Positions 63,550 to 64,000 of a stretch of DNA of 64,000 nucleotides are shown here, one piece after another. Numbering within the stretch: position 1 is the first letter of the stretch; every line of letters begins with the position of its first letter. Both the position numbers and the translations under genes were made by a program. The notes under the pieces were generated by a model. It saw only the letters and a program-made list of their open reading frames with translations, ran no database searches and had not been told where the DNA came from. The DNA comes from Octopus vulgaris (taxonomy: Eukaryota), in assembly GCA_951406725.2 (NCBI GenBank), contig OX597820.1:104594001-104658000 (forward strand). Reading direction: 5' to 3'.

Positions 63550-63789
63550 TTTGCTTTCTTCTTTCTAATTTGTGTGTCTCTCCTTACTAACCGTCAGCCA
63601 TTTTGTATTTCTATTGTATGTGTCTTCATTTGCGCATGCGTATATCTCTACGTGCGTCTATGTTTAGTTAGTGTGTGTGTGTGTGGGGGGGGGAAATGCC
63701 TGTAATATTTGTATCTTCTGTTTATATACGTTCGGGTAATTTGTTTTTGTTTTTGTTTATTCTTATTTTGTTCATGTGTTTACACCCAC

Positions 63790-63853
<64 letters not shown>

Positions 63854-64000
63854 CATCATTATCATTATTATTATTATTACGTATGCTTGTATCTATATAT
63901 GTATTTATGTATAACAACAATATTAGTAATAATAATTTATATATATATAAGTATGTATGTATGTATGTATATATATATATATTATTCAAAGAAATTCCAA

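Overview
Eukaryotic, AT-rich, repeat-dominated DNA. The SINE families and (TA)n density suggest a cephalopod, probably octopus (inference). No intact host protein-coding gene is visible, and most listed ORFs are microsatellite or antisense artefacts. The window holds decayed mobile elements: two head-to-tail Tx1-type LINEs in (GATA/GGAT)n, RTE, CR1-like, R2-like and R4-like LINE pieces, several Penelope-like (PLE) fragments, mariner/DD37D/hAT transposons, MITEs, Helitrons and tRNA-derived SINEs. The most interesting layer is non-coding RNA structure. (1) A hammerhead-like motif has its core pieces in the non-canonical order NUH-GAAA-CUGANGA, with covarying helices in three full copies from different repeat lineages (12.4, 17.8, 62.9 kb). 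(2) A 356-bp circularly permuted, rod-folding unit with a U3-A8 variant hammerhead is integrated as a fold-back in (TA)n (58.4-59.2 kb) and looks like a retrozyme/circRNA replicon. (3) Further hammerheads occur in a PLE tail and inside a tRNA-headed SINE. All structures and alignments were derived by eye and element boundaries are approximate.
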